From: an uncultured Clostridium sp.
Lineage (GTDB): Bacteria > Bacillota > Clostridia > TANB77 > CAG-508
Length of the DNA stretch: 64,000 nt
Direction of reading: 5' to 3'
Assembly (NCBI GenBank): GCA_902462295.1
Contig: CABQAZ010000002.1
Coordinates: 66,151-130,150 of the forward strand
Under the pieces are notes generated by a model. That model ran no database searches. It saw only the letters and a program-made list of their open reading frames with translations, and was not told the origin of the DNA. How positions within the stretch are numbered: position 1 is the stretch's first letter; every line of letters starts with the position of its first letter. Shown here piece by piece: positions 9,014 through 19,962 of this stretch. The translations under genes and the position numbers were made by a program.

Positions 9014-11290
9014 TTATTCTTCTTGCTGAGGGTCATTTGCATCAATATCTTGAGTTATTTCTTGAATTATTTCATGTTTATTTCTTTCTGTATTATTTGT
9101 ATTATTTTCTTTTACTTGTCCACCTGCATGTTTATCACATAATTCTGGTCTTGTGGATTGTAAAAAATAATCTATATATGTATTTGTACAACCCACTGTC
9201 GCTATTTTTCCTGTATCTGAGCATACAGTAAAACTTTCAATATTTTCTGGTTTTTCGAAAGTTGCACTCTTTAATCCTGTATGAATCTTTGCCATTACAT
9301 TTGCCCATAACAAACCTGCTGGATTTTTTTTGTTATATTCTATTGTTTCATTTTCATCAAATCCATACCATGTAGCTGCTGTATAATATGGTGTAAAACC
9401 ACAAAGCCATCTGTCATAATTTTCATCAGTAGTTCCTGTTTTCGCAGATACATCAACTCCTGAGATTTTACAATATGTTGCTGTTCCTTTACTTCCATTT
9501 ACTGGTTGAGTTAACAATTCTTTTACAATATATGCAACCTCTTCTGACACCACTCTTCTTTTAGTTTGTGATGTTTTTATAATTATATTTCCTGATTTAT
9601 CATTAATATTAGTATAAAAAGTCGGTTCTATATATATGCCATTATTTGCAATCATTGCATAAGCTGTAGCCATTTCTAAAGGACTTATTCCTTTTTGAAG
9701 ACCGCCTAATGCTAAAACTAAAGTTTCATCATCTTTTGTTAATGTACTTATTCCCATCTTTTTTAAATACTTTATCGATATTTTAGGTTTCAGTTCCTGC
9801 ATTATTTCTACAAATGGAATATTTTGAGATGATTCTACTGCTCTTCTAACAGTTATTTTTCCTAAAGGTTTATTGTAATCTGTTGGATGATATCCTTGTT
9901 CAAAATCATTTTCTGTATCATCATACATAGATGATGATGTAATTATTTTTTTATCAATCGCAGGTATTAGAACAGACAAAGGTTTTATAGCAGACCCAGT
10001 CTGTCTAACACTTTGAGTTGCTCTATTAAGTGGTCTTATTTCTTTTTTTTCTCCTAAACCACCTACACATCCAAGTACATTTCCAGTTTTATGATCAATA
10101 ATAACCATAGCAGCTTGTGATGAATTTCCACTATTTTTTGAAACTATACTGTATTTTGATTTTTTAAATTCTGTTTCTACTTTATCTTGTATTTTAGAGT
10201 CCTGTGTACTATAAATTGTTAATCCAGCCATATAAATATAGTTAGTTGCAAATGTTTCAGAAATATTATATTTTTTCGAAATATCTTCTGTTATTTCCGT
10301 AATTAATGCATCTGTATGATAAGAGTAAACTGCATTTTCTGATTCTATTTTTCCTTTTTTTAATTTTAAACCTTTATCCACATTATTTATTGCTGTATTA
10401 TAACTATTTTCATCAATGTAATTTAAATCCAACATCTTTTTCAATACTGTTTTTGTTCTTTTATTTATCTTTTCTGTATTATCTTTTTCTCCAAATGGGT
10501 TATATGTATTTGGTGCATTATTTATTCCCGCTAAAAATGCACATTCCTCTAATGACAATTCTGTACATGATTTATTAAAATAGTATTGACTACCTGTTTC
10601 TACACCATACATACTAGGTCCAACATATATAATATTTAAATAAGCTTCTAATATTTCATCTTTTGACAATTCGCTTTCCAACTGCCACGCTTTACACCAT
10701 TCTTTTACTTTTCGTATTGCTGTATCTGATGTATCTCCTGTTAAATTCTTTACTAATTGTTGTGTCATAGTACTTCCTCCAAATGAGGATTTTCCCAAAT
10801 GAGTAATGTATGTTATAATTGCTCCTCCAGTTCTTTTTATATCAACTCCACCATGTGAATAAAAACGTTCATCTTCTATTGAAATATATGCATTTTTTAA
10901 ATTATCTGGCATACTTGATAATTCTATTTGTGTGTGCTTTCGCCCACAACCAATTTGAGCAATTTTATTTCCACTAATATCTAAAACAATCGAATTTTCA
11001 TTTCTAATCATCTCTTTAGCAATTTTCTTCCATTTATATGATGAAATTCCTAATATTACTCCTATAACAATTATTGTTATCATACAAATAATAAGTATAA
11101 TTCTTCTTAATTTCTTTTTATCTTCTTTTTTCTTCTTTTGTACCTTTTTATCATTTTTACTATTTTTCTCCTTGTCCTTTTTAAAGGCTTTTGGAATATA
11201 GTTTTCATCTTCTTTTTTTTGTTTTTTCTTTTTTTCCTTTTTCAATATATTATCACTTTCCTTTTTAAGAATCTCATGAACAATATGCAC
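9014..11290 (-). CDS. Class A penicillin-binding protein (transglycosylase + transpeptidase) with Lys-rich cytoplasmic N-terminal tail
   Basis: 758 aa. GT51 motif IEDERFYxHxGVD, TM helix and transpeptidase SxxK (GSAIKP). GTG start overlapping the 3' end of holA. Confidence 0.8.
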   Translation of the reverse strand: MHIVHEILKKESDNILKKEKKKKQKKEDENYIPKAFKKDKEKNSKNDKKVQKKKKEDKKKLRRIILIICMITIIVIGVILGISSYKWKKIAKEMIRNENSIVLDISGNKIAQIGCGRKHTQIELSSMPDNLKNAYISIEDERFYSHGGVDIKRTGGAIITYITHLGKSSFGGSTMTQQLVKNLTGDTSDTAIRKVKEWCKAWQLESELSKDEILEAYLNIIYVGPSMYGVETGSQYYFNKSCTELSLEECAFLAGINNAPNTYNPFGEKDNTEKINKRTKTVLKKMLDLNYIDENSYNTAINNVDKGLKLKKGKIESENAVYSYHTDALITEITEDISKKYNISETFATNYIYMAGLTIYSTQDSKIQDKVETEFKKSKYSIVSKNSGNSSQAAMVIIDHKTGNVLGCVGGLGEKKEIRPLNRATQSVRQTGSAIKPLSVLIPAIDKKIITSSSMYDDTENDFEQGYHPTDYNKPLGKITVRRAVESSQNIPFVEIMQELKPKISIKYLKKMGISTLTKDDETLVLALGGLQKGISPLEMATAYAMIANNGIYIEPTFYTNINDKSGNIIIKTSQTKRRVVSEEVAYIVKELLTQPVNGSKGTATYCKISGVDVSAKTGTTDENYDRWLCGFTPYYTAATWYGFDENETIEYNKKNPAGLLWANVMAKIHTGLKSATFEKPENIESFTVCSDTGKIATVGCTNTYIDYFLQSTRPELCDKHAGGQVKENNTNNTERNKHEIIQEITQDIDANDPQQEE

Positions 11291-12299
11291 AAAGTATTGC
11301 CTCTAGTCCAACATTTAAATCAATCAAACCTATTTTATATTTATAGTCTAAGTTTTCTAATTCTTGAATTATCTTTCTAAGTTCTGATGTTTTAAATCCC
11401 TTAGCCTGTAATTTATATTTATTTACCAAAAACATTTGGTTAGGCTTTAATTGTAAACTTTGAGCAATATCCTTATTATATGCAATCGCTAATTTAACAA
11501 AATATAATTTTTTAAAGTGATTGTAAAGTGTAATTAAAATCTTCTGAATAGGTTCTTTTGAAGCTATTAAATTATATAAAACTTCCATTGCTTCTTTAAC
11601 CTTTTTTTGTCCAAGATTATCTGTCAAATCAAATATAATACTTTCTATTTTTTTTATACATAGTTTATCTATATCCTGTTTTTTTATTATACCATTTTCA
11701 CCTGCATATTCAATAAGTTTTCTAATTTCATTTATTAAATCTTGCATATTTGTACCACAACTTTCAATTAAATATTGAAGTGTATTTTCGTCAACATTTA
11801 CTTTATAACTATTACAAATTGCTTTCAGTCTTTTTATAATTTGAAATGGTTTTTGTTCTTCAAAGTTACAAACTATTCCTATTTTCTCAATCGTATTATA
11901 TATTGAATTCTTTTCCGCTTCATTCTCTACAAATATAAGTACTACTGACTCATTTATCATTTCGATATTTTCTTTTAAATAATCATTTATTTTGTCTTTT
12001 AATTCTTTACTTACTCCACTACTTCTATTCTTTGATTCTCTTTTAAATATACCTGTATTTCTTGCAATTATAAGTTTATTTGGATACCCAAATGCAGGAG
12101 TTTCAATATCTGCAATTAATTCTTGAATATTATTTTCATCTATTGGTATATAATTTATTCCCTTTATAGTCTCTCCAAAATTTTTTTTAATTTTATTTAG
12201 TTGTTGTTCTAGCAAAAATGCGTCTTCTCCATATAATAAATATACACCTTTACAATTTCCTTGCTTTAATTGTTGTTCAAGCTCTTCTACTTTTAGCAT
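11274..12299 (-). CDS. holA: DNA polymerase III delta subunit
   Basis: Delta-subunit N-terminal pattern (VYLLYGEDAFLLEQ). Start chosen at the internal ATG (MLKVEEL) preceded by AGGAGGAAAGATT rather than the ORF-track start at 12383. Confidence 0.7.
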   Translation of the reverse strand: MLKVEELEQQLKQGNCKGVYLLYGEDAFLLEQQLNKIKKNFGETIKGINYIPIDENNIQELIADIETPAFGYPNKLIIARNTGIFKRESKNRSSGVSKELKDKINDYLKENIEMINESVVLIFVENEAEKNSIYNTIEKIGIVCNFEEQKPFQIIKRLKAICNSYKVNVDENTLQYLIESCGTNMQDLINEIRKLIEYAGENGIIKKQDIDKLCIKKIESIIFDLTDNLGQKKVKEAMEVLYNLIASKEPIQKILITLYNHFKKLYFVKLAIAYNKDIAQSLQLKPNQMFLVNKYKLQAKGFKTSELRKIIQELENLDYKYKIGLIDLNVGLEAILCAYCS

Positions 12300-12388
12300 A
12301 ATCTTTCCTCCTTTCACTTTTCCAAAATAAACCGGCTCTTTAAATGTCAATTTCAAATTAGGACATTTAAGACCCGGTTCCAAATAGA

Positions 12389-14419
12389 TTAAGCCTGTAC
12401 AATTATCCTAAATACTTCTGCTATGCTCCAAGCTTGAGCAAAAGCACCTTTAGGAGAATAAGGTCTTTTTGAATCATATATTTCTGCAATACTTCCTATA
12501 CAGCCTCTTTCATTAATTTCTTTTGAAAAAGTTTTTGTTACATTTTCAACGAATTCTTTTAATCTATTTTTATACATTTCTCTATCCTCTTTAGTTCTGC
12601 TACATGAAGCCAACTGTTTTAATGCATTATAATATGGTCCTAATAGCCATGTCCAGGTAATTCCTTGATGATAACTAAAATCTCTTCTAGCTCCATCTCC
12701 CTCATATATTTCAACATAATTCTCTTCACCTTTTGCAAGACTTTTTAATCCATAATTATTTAATAATTTTTTTGTTACTGTTTCAAACATATTTTTTGCT
12801 TCTTCTGATTTAGGGTCTAAAACAGGATATGTTAAGCTTAAAGCAAATAATTGATTTGGTCTTATTTTACTATCTCCAAGAACATCATACAAACATTTTC
12901 TACGTTTATTATAAAATTTGCTTTCAAATGATTTTTTACATTTTATTGCCATCTTTTCATATTTTTTTGCTTTATCTTCTTCTTTATTTTTTAAAGCTAA
13001 TTCATTCATAATCTTTAATGCATTATACCACATTGCATTTATTTCAACTGGTTTTCCATTACGTGGTGTTACTGCTATTCCCGCATATTTAGCGTCCATC
13101 CATGTATTTTGCGTATTTTCCGTTCCTGATACAATCAATCCATCTGTATCCATATAAATATTATTATTATCTAAATCTACACCCTTTGCATAATTTTCGA
13201 TTATATTTTCCATTTTAGGATAAATGTCTTCCATTACAAAATCATTGTCATTTGTATATTCTAAATATTTTTTTACCTGTTCAAAAAATAATAATGATGC
13301 ATCTACACTATTATACAATGGTCTATAATCATCCTCACTATATGTATTTGGTATCAATCCATATTTAATATCTCTAATACAATGTTGTAAAACTTTTTTA
13401 GCCTTATCAAATTTTTTTGTAACTAGGAATAATCCCTCAAATGAAATTAAAGTATCTCTCATCCAATCTAAAAACCATGGATATCCAGCTATTGCTGAAT
13501 ATGTATTAAATAATGGTCTTTTTATAATAAAATTATCACATGCTATTAAAAAACTCTTTATTAATTCATATCTTTGTTTTTCTTCTATAGTTTCATATTC
13601 TTTTGTTGTCTCTATTAAACCAGAATCATTAAATGTTTTGCTTAATCTAATCGTTTCTTTCATTATTAATGCTCTTGCATCTAATTCTTCTATATTTTCT
13701 TCTACTGAACATATAAAAGAAATTTCTTTTTCCTCATTTGGTTCTATTTCAATCTCATATCTTCCTGGAACAACATGATTTTCTTCTGCTTCAAATCCAC
13801 GTTTTTCTTCTTCTATATAAAACATATTATAAAATGTATCATTATGATGTTCTATATATTTACCATCAGAAATAGTCATATAAATTGGATTTCCTCCATC
13901 TATTTCTACTTCTAATTTATGTACAGTGGTCTTTTGTTTAACATCAAATATATGATCTTTATTTATACCATGTGCATTTCTAAAATTCATTATTGGTGCT
14001 AGTATTAACTTAGAATTATGACTTCCATTTTTTATTTTATAATAAACTCCTACAGTGTTTTTAAAATGTTCCATACAGATTGTCTTTTTTATTTCTATAT
14101 CTTGTACTTTAAATTCAAATATTGGTAAAATGTCTTTTGTAAAGCTTTCTTGATATCTATATCCTTGTGAAATATAATTTTTTCCAACGTTTGTAAATAA
14201 CTCATATTTTTTATCATTTACTTCAATGCTCTCATCTAATTTAGATAAAATTAATCTTCTTCTTGCTGGTGGAATTATTGGAGCTACTAATAATCCATGA
14301 TATTTTCTTGTATTTGCTCCAATTATTGTTGATGAAGCAAATCCTCCTATTCCATTTGTAATTATCCATTCTTTTTCTAACGCATTTTCTAAATTTAGAT
14401 TTTCTTTTGCATATTTCAT
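12389..14419 (-). CDS. Glycogen debranching enzyme (amylo-alpha-1,6-glucosidase, GDE N- and C-terminal domains)
   Basis: 676 aa. Bacterial GDE-family features plus glycogen-metabolism context next to glgP. Confidence 0.65.
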   Translation of the reverse strand: MKYAKENLNLENALEKEWIITNGIGGFASSTIIGANTRKYHGLLVAPIIPPARRRLILSKLDESIEVNDKKYELFTNVGKNYISQGYRYQESFTKDILPIFEFKVQDIEIKKTICMEHFKNTVGVYYKIKNGSHNSKLILAPIMNFRNAHGINKDHIFDVKQKTTVHKLEVEIDGGNPIYMTISDGKYIEHHNDTFYNMFYIEEEKRGFEAEENHVVPGRYEIEIEPNEEKEISFICSVEENIEELDARALIMKETIRLSKTFNDSGLIETTKEYETIEEKQRYELIKSFLIACDNFIIKRPLFNTYSAIAGYPWFLDWMRDTLISFEGLFLVTKKFDKAKKVLQHCIRDIKYGLIPNTYSEDDYRPLYNSVDASLLFFEQVKKYLEYTNDNDFVMEDIYPKMENIIENYAKGVDLDNNNIYMDTDGLIVSGTENTQNTWMDAKYAGIAVTPRNGKPVEINAMWYNALKIMNELALKNKEEDKAKKYEKMAIKCKKSFESKFYNKRRKCLYDVLGDSKIRPNQLFALSLTYPVLDPKSEEAKNMFETVTKKLLNNYGLKSLAKGEENYVEIYEGDGARRDFSYHQGITWTWLLGPYYNALKQLASCSRTKEDREMYKNRLKEFVENVTKTFSKEINERGCIGSIAEIYDSKRPYSPKGAFAQAWSIAEVFRIIVQA

Positions 14420-14440
14420 ATTTTCATTTTCCCTTTCTAA

Positions 14441-15970
14441 TTATTTTTTTATCTCTCGTGGATATTCTTCTCCAGACTCTCTAATTGACTTAATTCTATC
14501 ACTATATTTGCTACTAAATTTACTTTGTTTTTTATTTTCAACTTTTTTATTTGGTCTTTTTCCTCTTTTCTCTGCCTTTTTATCAAGTTTCTTTTTCTCT
14601 TTTCTTAATTTATTAATCCTTTTATCAGATTGTAATTTTGCGTTTAACATTAAATATTCTGGGTCATTCTCTTTATCTTGATATTTCATATCATTACAAA
14701 TTAATGTTATTGCTGATTCAGCAATCATATGTGGATCATGTCTTATTTTTCCATCAATAATTGTTGATATATTTTTCTTGATAAATTTTATTCCTTTTAT
14801 CATTGGATTATTTATTTTTTGTTCTACTAAATCTGCACCTTCTCTATTATATTTTTTTATGTATTCTGGAATTACTTCTCCTGTATCATATATACAATAA
14901 TCAATTATTCCTTCTCCACAATGTTCAATTATTGCTTTTATATGGTCTTCTACTGAGTAATCATCTGTTTGCCCTGGTTCTGTCATAATATTATTTATAT
15001 ATATTTTTATTGCCTTACTTTCTTTTATTGCTTTTGCAACTCCATTTACTAATAAATTTGGAATTATATTTGTATATAAACTTCCTGGTCCTATTATTAT
15101 ACTATCTGCTTCTCTTATAGTTTCTAATACTCCTGGTGCTGGCTTACAATTTGATGGTTTTAAATATACTCTATTTATTTTTGTCATTTTGTCATTTACT
15201 ACTTCTGGTATTTTGTCTTTCTCCTCAACAACATATCCATTTTCTAATTCTGCACATATTTTCATTTCTTCTGATGTTACAGGTATAACATTTCCTGTTA
15301 TATTAAATATTGAATTACTTTTTTCTATTGATATAGTATCATTTCTATATATCTCTTTCATTGCTGTAAAATATATATCTGAAAATTTTAATCCTCTTAA
15401 CCTTTCATTTGTCATTTCGTGATTTAATATGTTTGATAATTCATTTTCACTATCTGCTGAAAGTGCTACTATACTGTCTTTTACTTCTTCAAATGGTAGT
15501 GCTGTTCCTAGTGCTATTCTTGAATTATTTGGGGTTTTTCCATATTCAGATACTGCAACTATTGCTGTTATATTATTAGTGTATTTTTTCATTCCTGATA
15601 ATACTGTATTTAGACCTGCTCCTCCACCAATCGCAACTATTTTAGGTCCTTTGTCATATATTTTTCTATCAAATATTAATGATTTTACATTTACATTCTT
15701 CTTGTTTTTCATTCTATCATCTGTTGCTTCTATAAATAACTCCATGTTTCTTTTGTTTAAAAAAACTAATCCAAGTATTACACATGTAAATCCAACAACA
15801 AATATTATTATTACTTTTCCTGCATCTATAAATTCCATTTCTTTTTGTACTAATATTTTTGCAATTCCATAACATGTTAACACTATTCCTATTAGTACCA
15901 AAAATATCCATCTTTTCATTTTTGAGCTAGATTTTAGCCAATGCCATATTCCTTTCATATTTTTAATCAT
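14441..15970 (-). CDS. yvcK: YvcK/CofD-like gluconeogenesis factor (UPF0052) with extra N-terminal TM segments and Lys-rich C-terminal tail
   Basis: Core KIVAIGGGAGL...PSNCKPAPGVLETIREADSIIIGPGSLYT matches YvcK. The 509 aa length is about 180 aa longer than typical. Confidence 0.7.
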   Translation of the reverse strand: MIKNMKGIWHWLKSSSKMKRWIFLVLIGIVLTCYGIAKILVQKEMEFIDAGKVIIIFVVGFTCVILGLVFLNKRNMELFIEATDDRMKNKKNVNVKSLIFDRKIYDKGPKIVAIGGGAGLNTVLSGMKKYTNNITAIVAVSEYGKTPNNSRIALGTALPFEEVKDSIVALSADSENELSNILNHEMTNERLRGLKFSDIYFTAMKEIYRNDTISIEKSNSIFNITGNVIPVTSEEMKICAELENGYVVEEKDKIPEVVNDKMTKINRVYLKPSNCKPAPGVLETIREADSIIIGPGSLYTNIIPNLLVNGVAKAIKESKAIKIYINNIMTEPGQTDDYSVEDHIKAIIEHCGEGIIDYCIYDTGEVIPEYIKKYNREGADLVEQKINNPMIKGIKFIKKNISTIIDGKIRHDPHMIAESAITLICNDMKYQDKENDPEYLMLNAKLQSDKRINKLRKEKKKLDKKAEKRGKRPNKKVENKKQSKFSSKYSDRIKSIRESGEEYPREIKK

Positions 15971-15985
15971 TCCTTTTTTATAATT

Positions 15986-16888
15986 TTATTTTATTATTTC
16001 AATCTCTGCTTCTATAACTTTTCCAAATTTATTATATACTTGTTCTTTGGTATACTTCATTAATTCGATTACATCTTTTGCTGTTGCGTCTTTTTTATTT
16101 ATTATAAATCCCGCATGTTTTTCTGAAATCTGTGCACCACCTATTTGATACCCTTTTAATCCACATTCATCTATTAATTTTGCTGTAATAAAATCTGACC
16201 CTCTTTTAAAAGTACTTCCTGCACTTGGATATTCAATAGGTTGTTTTTCTTTTCTGTAGTTTGCATATTCTGTCATTTTTTCTTTTATTTTATTAATGTC
16301 ACCTTTTTCTAATTGAATTTCAACTTCTATTATTATATAGTCTTTGTTTGTAAATAAACTTTTTCTATATTCAAATTCTGCTTGTTGGTTATTTATTTTG
16401 TGTATTTCTCCATCTCTATCTATATATGTTATTGTTTTTACTACGTCTTTCATTTCTGACCCATGTGCTCCTGCATTCATTCTTATTGCTCCACCTATTG
16501 TTCCCGGTATTCCTGATGCAAATTCCAACCCTGTAATTTCCTCTTTTAAACATTTTTGTGCTATCCAACTAAGTTTTACTCCACTTCCAATTTTTAATAA
16601 AACTTTTTCTTTTTCAATATTTATTTCTAAATTTTCTATATCTATTTTTAATACAATACCTTTTATTCCATCATCAGAAACAAGAATATTGCTTCCATTT
16701 CCTATAACTGTAACATGTATGTTTTTTTCTTTAGCATATTTCAAAATTAATTTTAATTGTTCTATTGTTTTTATTTTGATTAAACATTCTGCTGGTCCAC
16801 CTATTTTAAATGATGTATATTTACTCATTAGTTCATTTTTATAAATATTTTCTTTTGGAATCAAATTCTCAATCTCTATTATGTCCAT
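15986..16888 (-). CDS. murB: UDP-N-acetylenolpyruvoylglucosamine reductase
   Basis: 300 aa, FAD-binding MurB pattern (KIGGPAECLI...GNGSNIL), AGGAGG RBS. Confidence 0.85.
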   Translation of the reverse strand: MDIIEIENLIPKENIYKNELMSKYTSFKIGGPAECLIKIKTIEQLKLILKYAKEKNIHVTVIGNGSNILVSDDGIKGIVLKIDIENLEINIEKEKVLLKIGSGVKLSWIAQKCLKEEITGLEFASGIPGTIGGAIRMNAGAHGSEMKDVVKTITYIDRDGEIHKINNQQAEFEYRKSLFTNKDYIIIEVEIQLEKGDINKIKEKMTEYANYRKEKQPIEYPSAGSTFKRGSDFITAKLIDECGLKGYQIGGAQISEKHAGFIINKKDATAKDVIELMKYTKEQVYNKFGKVIEAEIEIIK

Positions 16889-17065
16889 ATAATTTTCTTC
16901 CTCCTTAAAGCATTATGATTATTCCAATCTTATCATTTTTTTCCTAATTTTACAATAATTTTTAATAAATCTCTTTAATTTTTATAAAATTTATAGTATA
17001 ATATTATTGTATTGCTTTTTAATTGATATACTTTATATAGATATAATATGAATGGAGGAATTATC

Positions 17066-17506
17066 ATGTGGCAAATATGGTTAATTGCGTCAGGTATATT
17101 TTTCGTAATAGAAATTTTTACTGTAGGTTTCTTAATATTTTGGCTAGGAATTGGAGCATTATTGGCAATGCTTATAAGTTTTCTAACAGATAATATAATT
17201 ATTCAAACTACAGTTTTTGTTGTTTCATCAGGCTTACTTATTTTTGCAACAAGGGCTTTAGCTGATAAGATTGTTAAAAATGATACTATACCAACAAATG
17301 TATATTCTATTATTGGAAAAAAAGCAATGGTTATTGAAGATATTGACTGGGCAACTGGTAAAGGTCAAATAAAATATGATGGTGAAGTTTGGTCAGCCAA
17401 AACAAAAGAAAAAATAAACATTCCTAAAGGAACAGAAGTCGAAATTGAAAGTATTGAGGGTGTTAAGGTTTTTGTAAAACCTCTTAAAACAATTTCTTAT
17501 ATATAG
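17066..17506 (+). CDS. NfeD-family membrane protein, partner of the SPFH protein
   Basis: Two TM helices and a C-terminal OB-like domain. Start at the ATG preceded by GGAGGAATTATC. Co-directional with the downstream SPFH gene. Confidence 0.65.
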   Translation: MWQIWLIASGIFFVIEIFTVGFLIFWLGIGALLAMLISFLTDNIIIQTTVFVVSSGLLIFATRALADKIVKNDTIPTNVYSIIGKKAMVIEDIDWATGKGQIKYDGEVWSAKTKEKINIPKGTEVEIESIEGVKVFVKPLKTISYI

Positions 17507-17564
17507 TTATTAATATAAAATAAATATTTATTAAGCAAGTTAATCTTGCTAGAAGGAGGAATTT

Positions 17565-18464
17565 ATGTATTTTTTAATTGCATTACTTATTATTATAATA
17601 ATTATAGCATTAAAATCAATCAAAGTAGTTAGACAATCTGAGGTGTATATTATAGAAAGGTTAGGTAGATTTCATAAAGTTGCTGATGCTGGACTTACAA
17701 TTATAATTCCATTTTTTGACCATGTCAGAAGTGTTGTAAGTTTAAAACAACAAACTATGGATATTCCACCACAAGGTGTAATCACTAAAGATAATGTTAC
17801 AATTACAATCGATACTGTTGTATTTTATCAAATAACAGATCCTGCAAAAGCAGTTTATGAAATTCAAAGTTTAAAGAAAGGTATTGAATATCTTGCAATT
17901 ACAACAATTCGTGATATTGTTGGTAAAATGGACTTAGATGAAACTTTCAGTTCTAGAGATGGAATAAACTCAAAATTAAGAGTTATACTTGATGACGCAA
18001 CAGACAGATGGGGTTGTAAAATAGATAGAGTTGAAATTAAAGATATAACTCCACCAGCAGACATTAGAGATGCAATGGAAAAACAAATGAATGCAGAAAG
18101 AAATAAAAGAGCTTTAATTCTTGAAGCTGAAGCTCAAAAACAATCTGCAGTTACAATCGCAGAAGGTAAAAAACAAGCAGCTATTCTTGAAGCTGAAGCT
18201 GATAGAGAATCAAGAATTCGTAGAGCTGCCGGTGAAGCTCAAGCTATAAAATCTGTTGCAGAAGCTAAAGCAAAAGAAATTTCTATGGTTTATGACGCAA
18301 TAAAATCTTCTGAACCAGATGATAAACTTGTTCAAATAAAATCTCTTGAAGCTCTTGAAGAAATTGCAAAAGGAGATGCAAATAAAGTATTTATACCATT
18401 TGAAGCTACTAGTGCTTTAAGTAGTTTAGGTGCTGCAAAAGAAATCTTAAAAGACAATAAATAA
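17565..18464 (+). CDS. SPFH/band-7 (stomatin/prohibitin-like) family protein
   Basis: 299 aa, N-terminal TM, SPFH core, Ala/Glu-rich coiled-coil C-terminus, RBS AGGAGGAATTT. Confidence 0.8.
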   Translation: MYFLIALLIIIIIIALKSIKVVRQSEVYIIERLGRFHKVADAGLTIIIPFFDHVRSVVSLKQQTMDIPPQGVITKDNVTITIDTVVFYQITDPAKAVYEIQSLKKGIEYLAITTIRDIVGKMDLDETFSSRDGINSKLRVILDDATDRWGCKIDRVEIKDITPPADIRDAMEKQMNAERNKRALILEAEAQKQSAVTIAEGKKQAAILEAEADRESRIRRAAGEAQAIKSVAEAKAKEISMVYDAIKSSEPDDKLVQIKSLEALEEIAKGDANKVFIPFEATSALSSLGAAKEILKDNK

Positions 18465-18465
18465 A

Positions 18466-18492
18466 CAAAAAACCGACAGTGTCGGTTTTTTT
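18466..18492. terminator. Bidirectional rho-independent terminator
   Basis: aaaaaACCGACagtGTCGGTttttttt: a perfect 6-bp GC-rich stem between an A-tract and a T-tract, between convergent genes. Confidence 0.75.
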
Positions 18493-18496
18493 ATAT

Positions 18497-19378
18497 TTAT
18501 AAAAATTTATTTTTTTCCTCAAAAGGTTCAACATGCACAATCGCTCTATAAATCCTATCTAATTTAGATATGTCTAATTCTAATCTATCTGCTAATTTAT
18601 GACTCTCATAAGTTGTCATATTTCCATCAACAGCGATTGTTAAAAAAATCACGTATTGGTATCCAACAGGAGCAGATGAAATACCATTTATACTTTTTAC
18701 TTCTTTATATGTATGAACTAAATTAAAAATAATATCTTTTGTATTTTCATCAACTGACCTATCCATTAAAATATTATAACTTTCTATAAAAATTCCAATG
18801 CCTGTTTTGCAAATCCACGCAGATATGCCAATACCCACAATACTATCAAACCAATTTATTCCCTTAAGAGATAATAATATCGAAATTAAAGAAAATGTTG
18901 TTATTACACAATCATTTCTATGGTCCTCCATACTAGCTTCTAATAAAATATTATTGTATTTTTTATACATTAATCTTGTATATAAAAATAAGAATAATTT
19001 TGTTATTATTGTAATTATACATACTACTACCAACCACCAAGAAAAAATTATTTCATTTCCTTTAAATATTGCAATTACTGAGTCTATTATAGTTTTTATA
19101 GAAACAACTACCATTGAAATTGCTATAAATAAAGAAAATATATATTCTGCTTTTCCATGCCCAAAATTATGATCTTCATCTCTAGGTTCACTTGCTATTT
19201 TATTTCCTATTGCAGTCATAAGTGATGCAAATATATCACCTGCACTATTTATACAATCTGCTATCATTGCTTGACTTTTACTTGTAAAACCAACTATTGC
19301 TTTTAATGCTAACAAGAATATATTTCCTATCATCCCATACATTCCAACTTTTTTTGTAACTTTAAATCTTTCTTCCAT
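18497..19378 (-). CDS. Cation diffusion facilitator (CDF) family metal efflux transporter
   Basis: CDF TM pattern plus C-terminal cytoplasmic domain. Start placed at the second ATG (MEERFK), which has GGAAGGAAG 5 nt upstream. Confidence 0.7.
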   Translation of the reverse strand: MEERFKVTKKVGMYGMIGNIFLLALKAIVGFTSKSQAMIADCINSAGDIFASLMTAIGNKIASEPRDEDHNFGHGKAEYIFSLFIAISMVVVSIKTIIDSVIAIFKGNEIIFSWWLVVVCIITIITKLFLFLYTRLMYKKYNNILLEASMEDHRNDCVITTFSLISILLSLKGINWFDSIVGIGISAWICKTGIGIFIESYNILMDRSVDENTKDIIFNLVHTYKEVKSINGISSAPVGYQYVIFLTIAVDGNMTTYESHKLADRLELDISKLDRIYRAIVHVEPFEEKNKFL

Positions 19379-19534
19379 TTTACTTCCTTCCAAAAGAATT
19401 TTTCTTATCAGTAATAGTCATTATATTTTCTTTTTTACTTTTTTTCAAGTCTTTATTGGAAATAATTGCATTTAATTGAAATTTATGCTATAATAAATTA
19501 TATATTAGAAAATAAAAAAAGAGGTGTAAAATAA

Positions 19535-19873
19535 ATGACACTATTAGTAATAATATATGTTTTAATTTTTATAATATTCGCATTAGTAGCATATGCAGTA
19601 ATGCAACTTAAATTAGCTGGAATTAATGTAAAAGATTTTTGGAGCTTTATTGAAGCAAACCAAATTTTAGATAAATTGTACGAATTCTCAAAAAAATACA
19701 AAACTCTTTCTCCTCAACAACAAGTAGTATATTTGATGGAAGCAGAAAAAGTTTTCACAGCTTTTGATAAAATTCCAGATATTATATGGGAAGATGAATT
19801 TAAAAAATATGATGAAGTTCTAAAAAAATACAATGAAATAAAAGTTGATAGATGGATCTCTTATTCTGATTAA
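19535..19873 (+). CDS. Hypothetical small membrane-anchored protein
   Basis: 112 aa, single N-terminal TM, RBS AGAGGTG. Confidence 0.45.
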   Translation: MTLLVIIYVLIFIIFALVAYAVMQLKLAGINVKDFWSFIEANQILDKLYEFSKKYKTLSPQQQVVYLMEAEKVFTAFDKIPDIIWEDEFKKYDEVLKKYNEIKVDRWISYSD

Positions 19874-19962
19874 AGAGCTCCATTTTTATTTTACAAGAAC
19901 AAAAATACTTCTTTGCAAAAAATATTATATAAAATGCAAAAAAGTATTTTTAAATTTATATT

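Noticed and set aside
19393-19393. ORF-track start of the CDF transporter (MEGSKMEERF)
   Set aside because: The second ATG has the SD (GGAAGGAAG), and the first ATG lies inside that SD.
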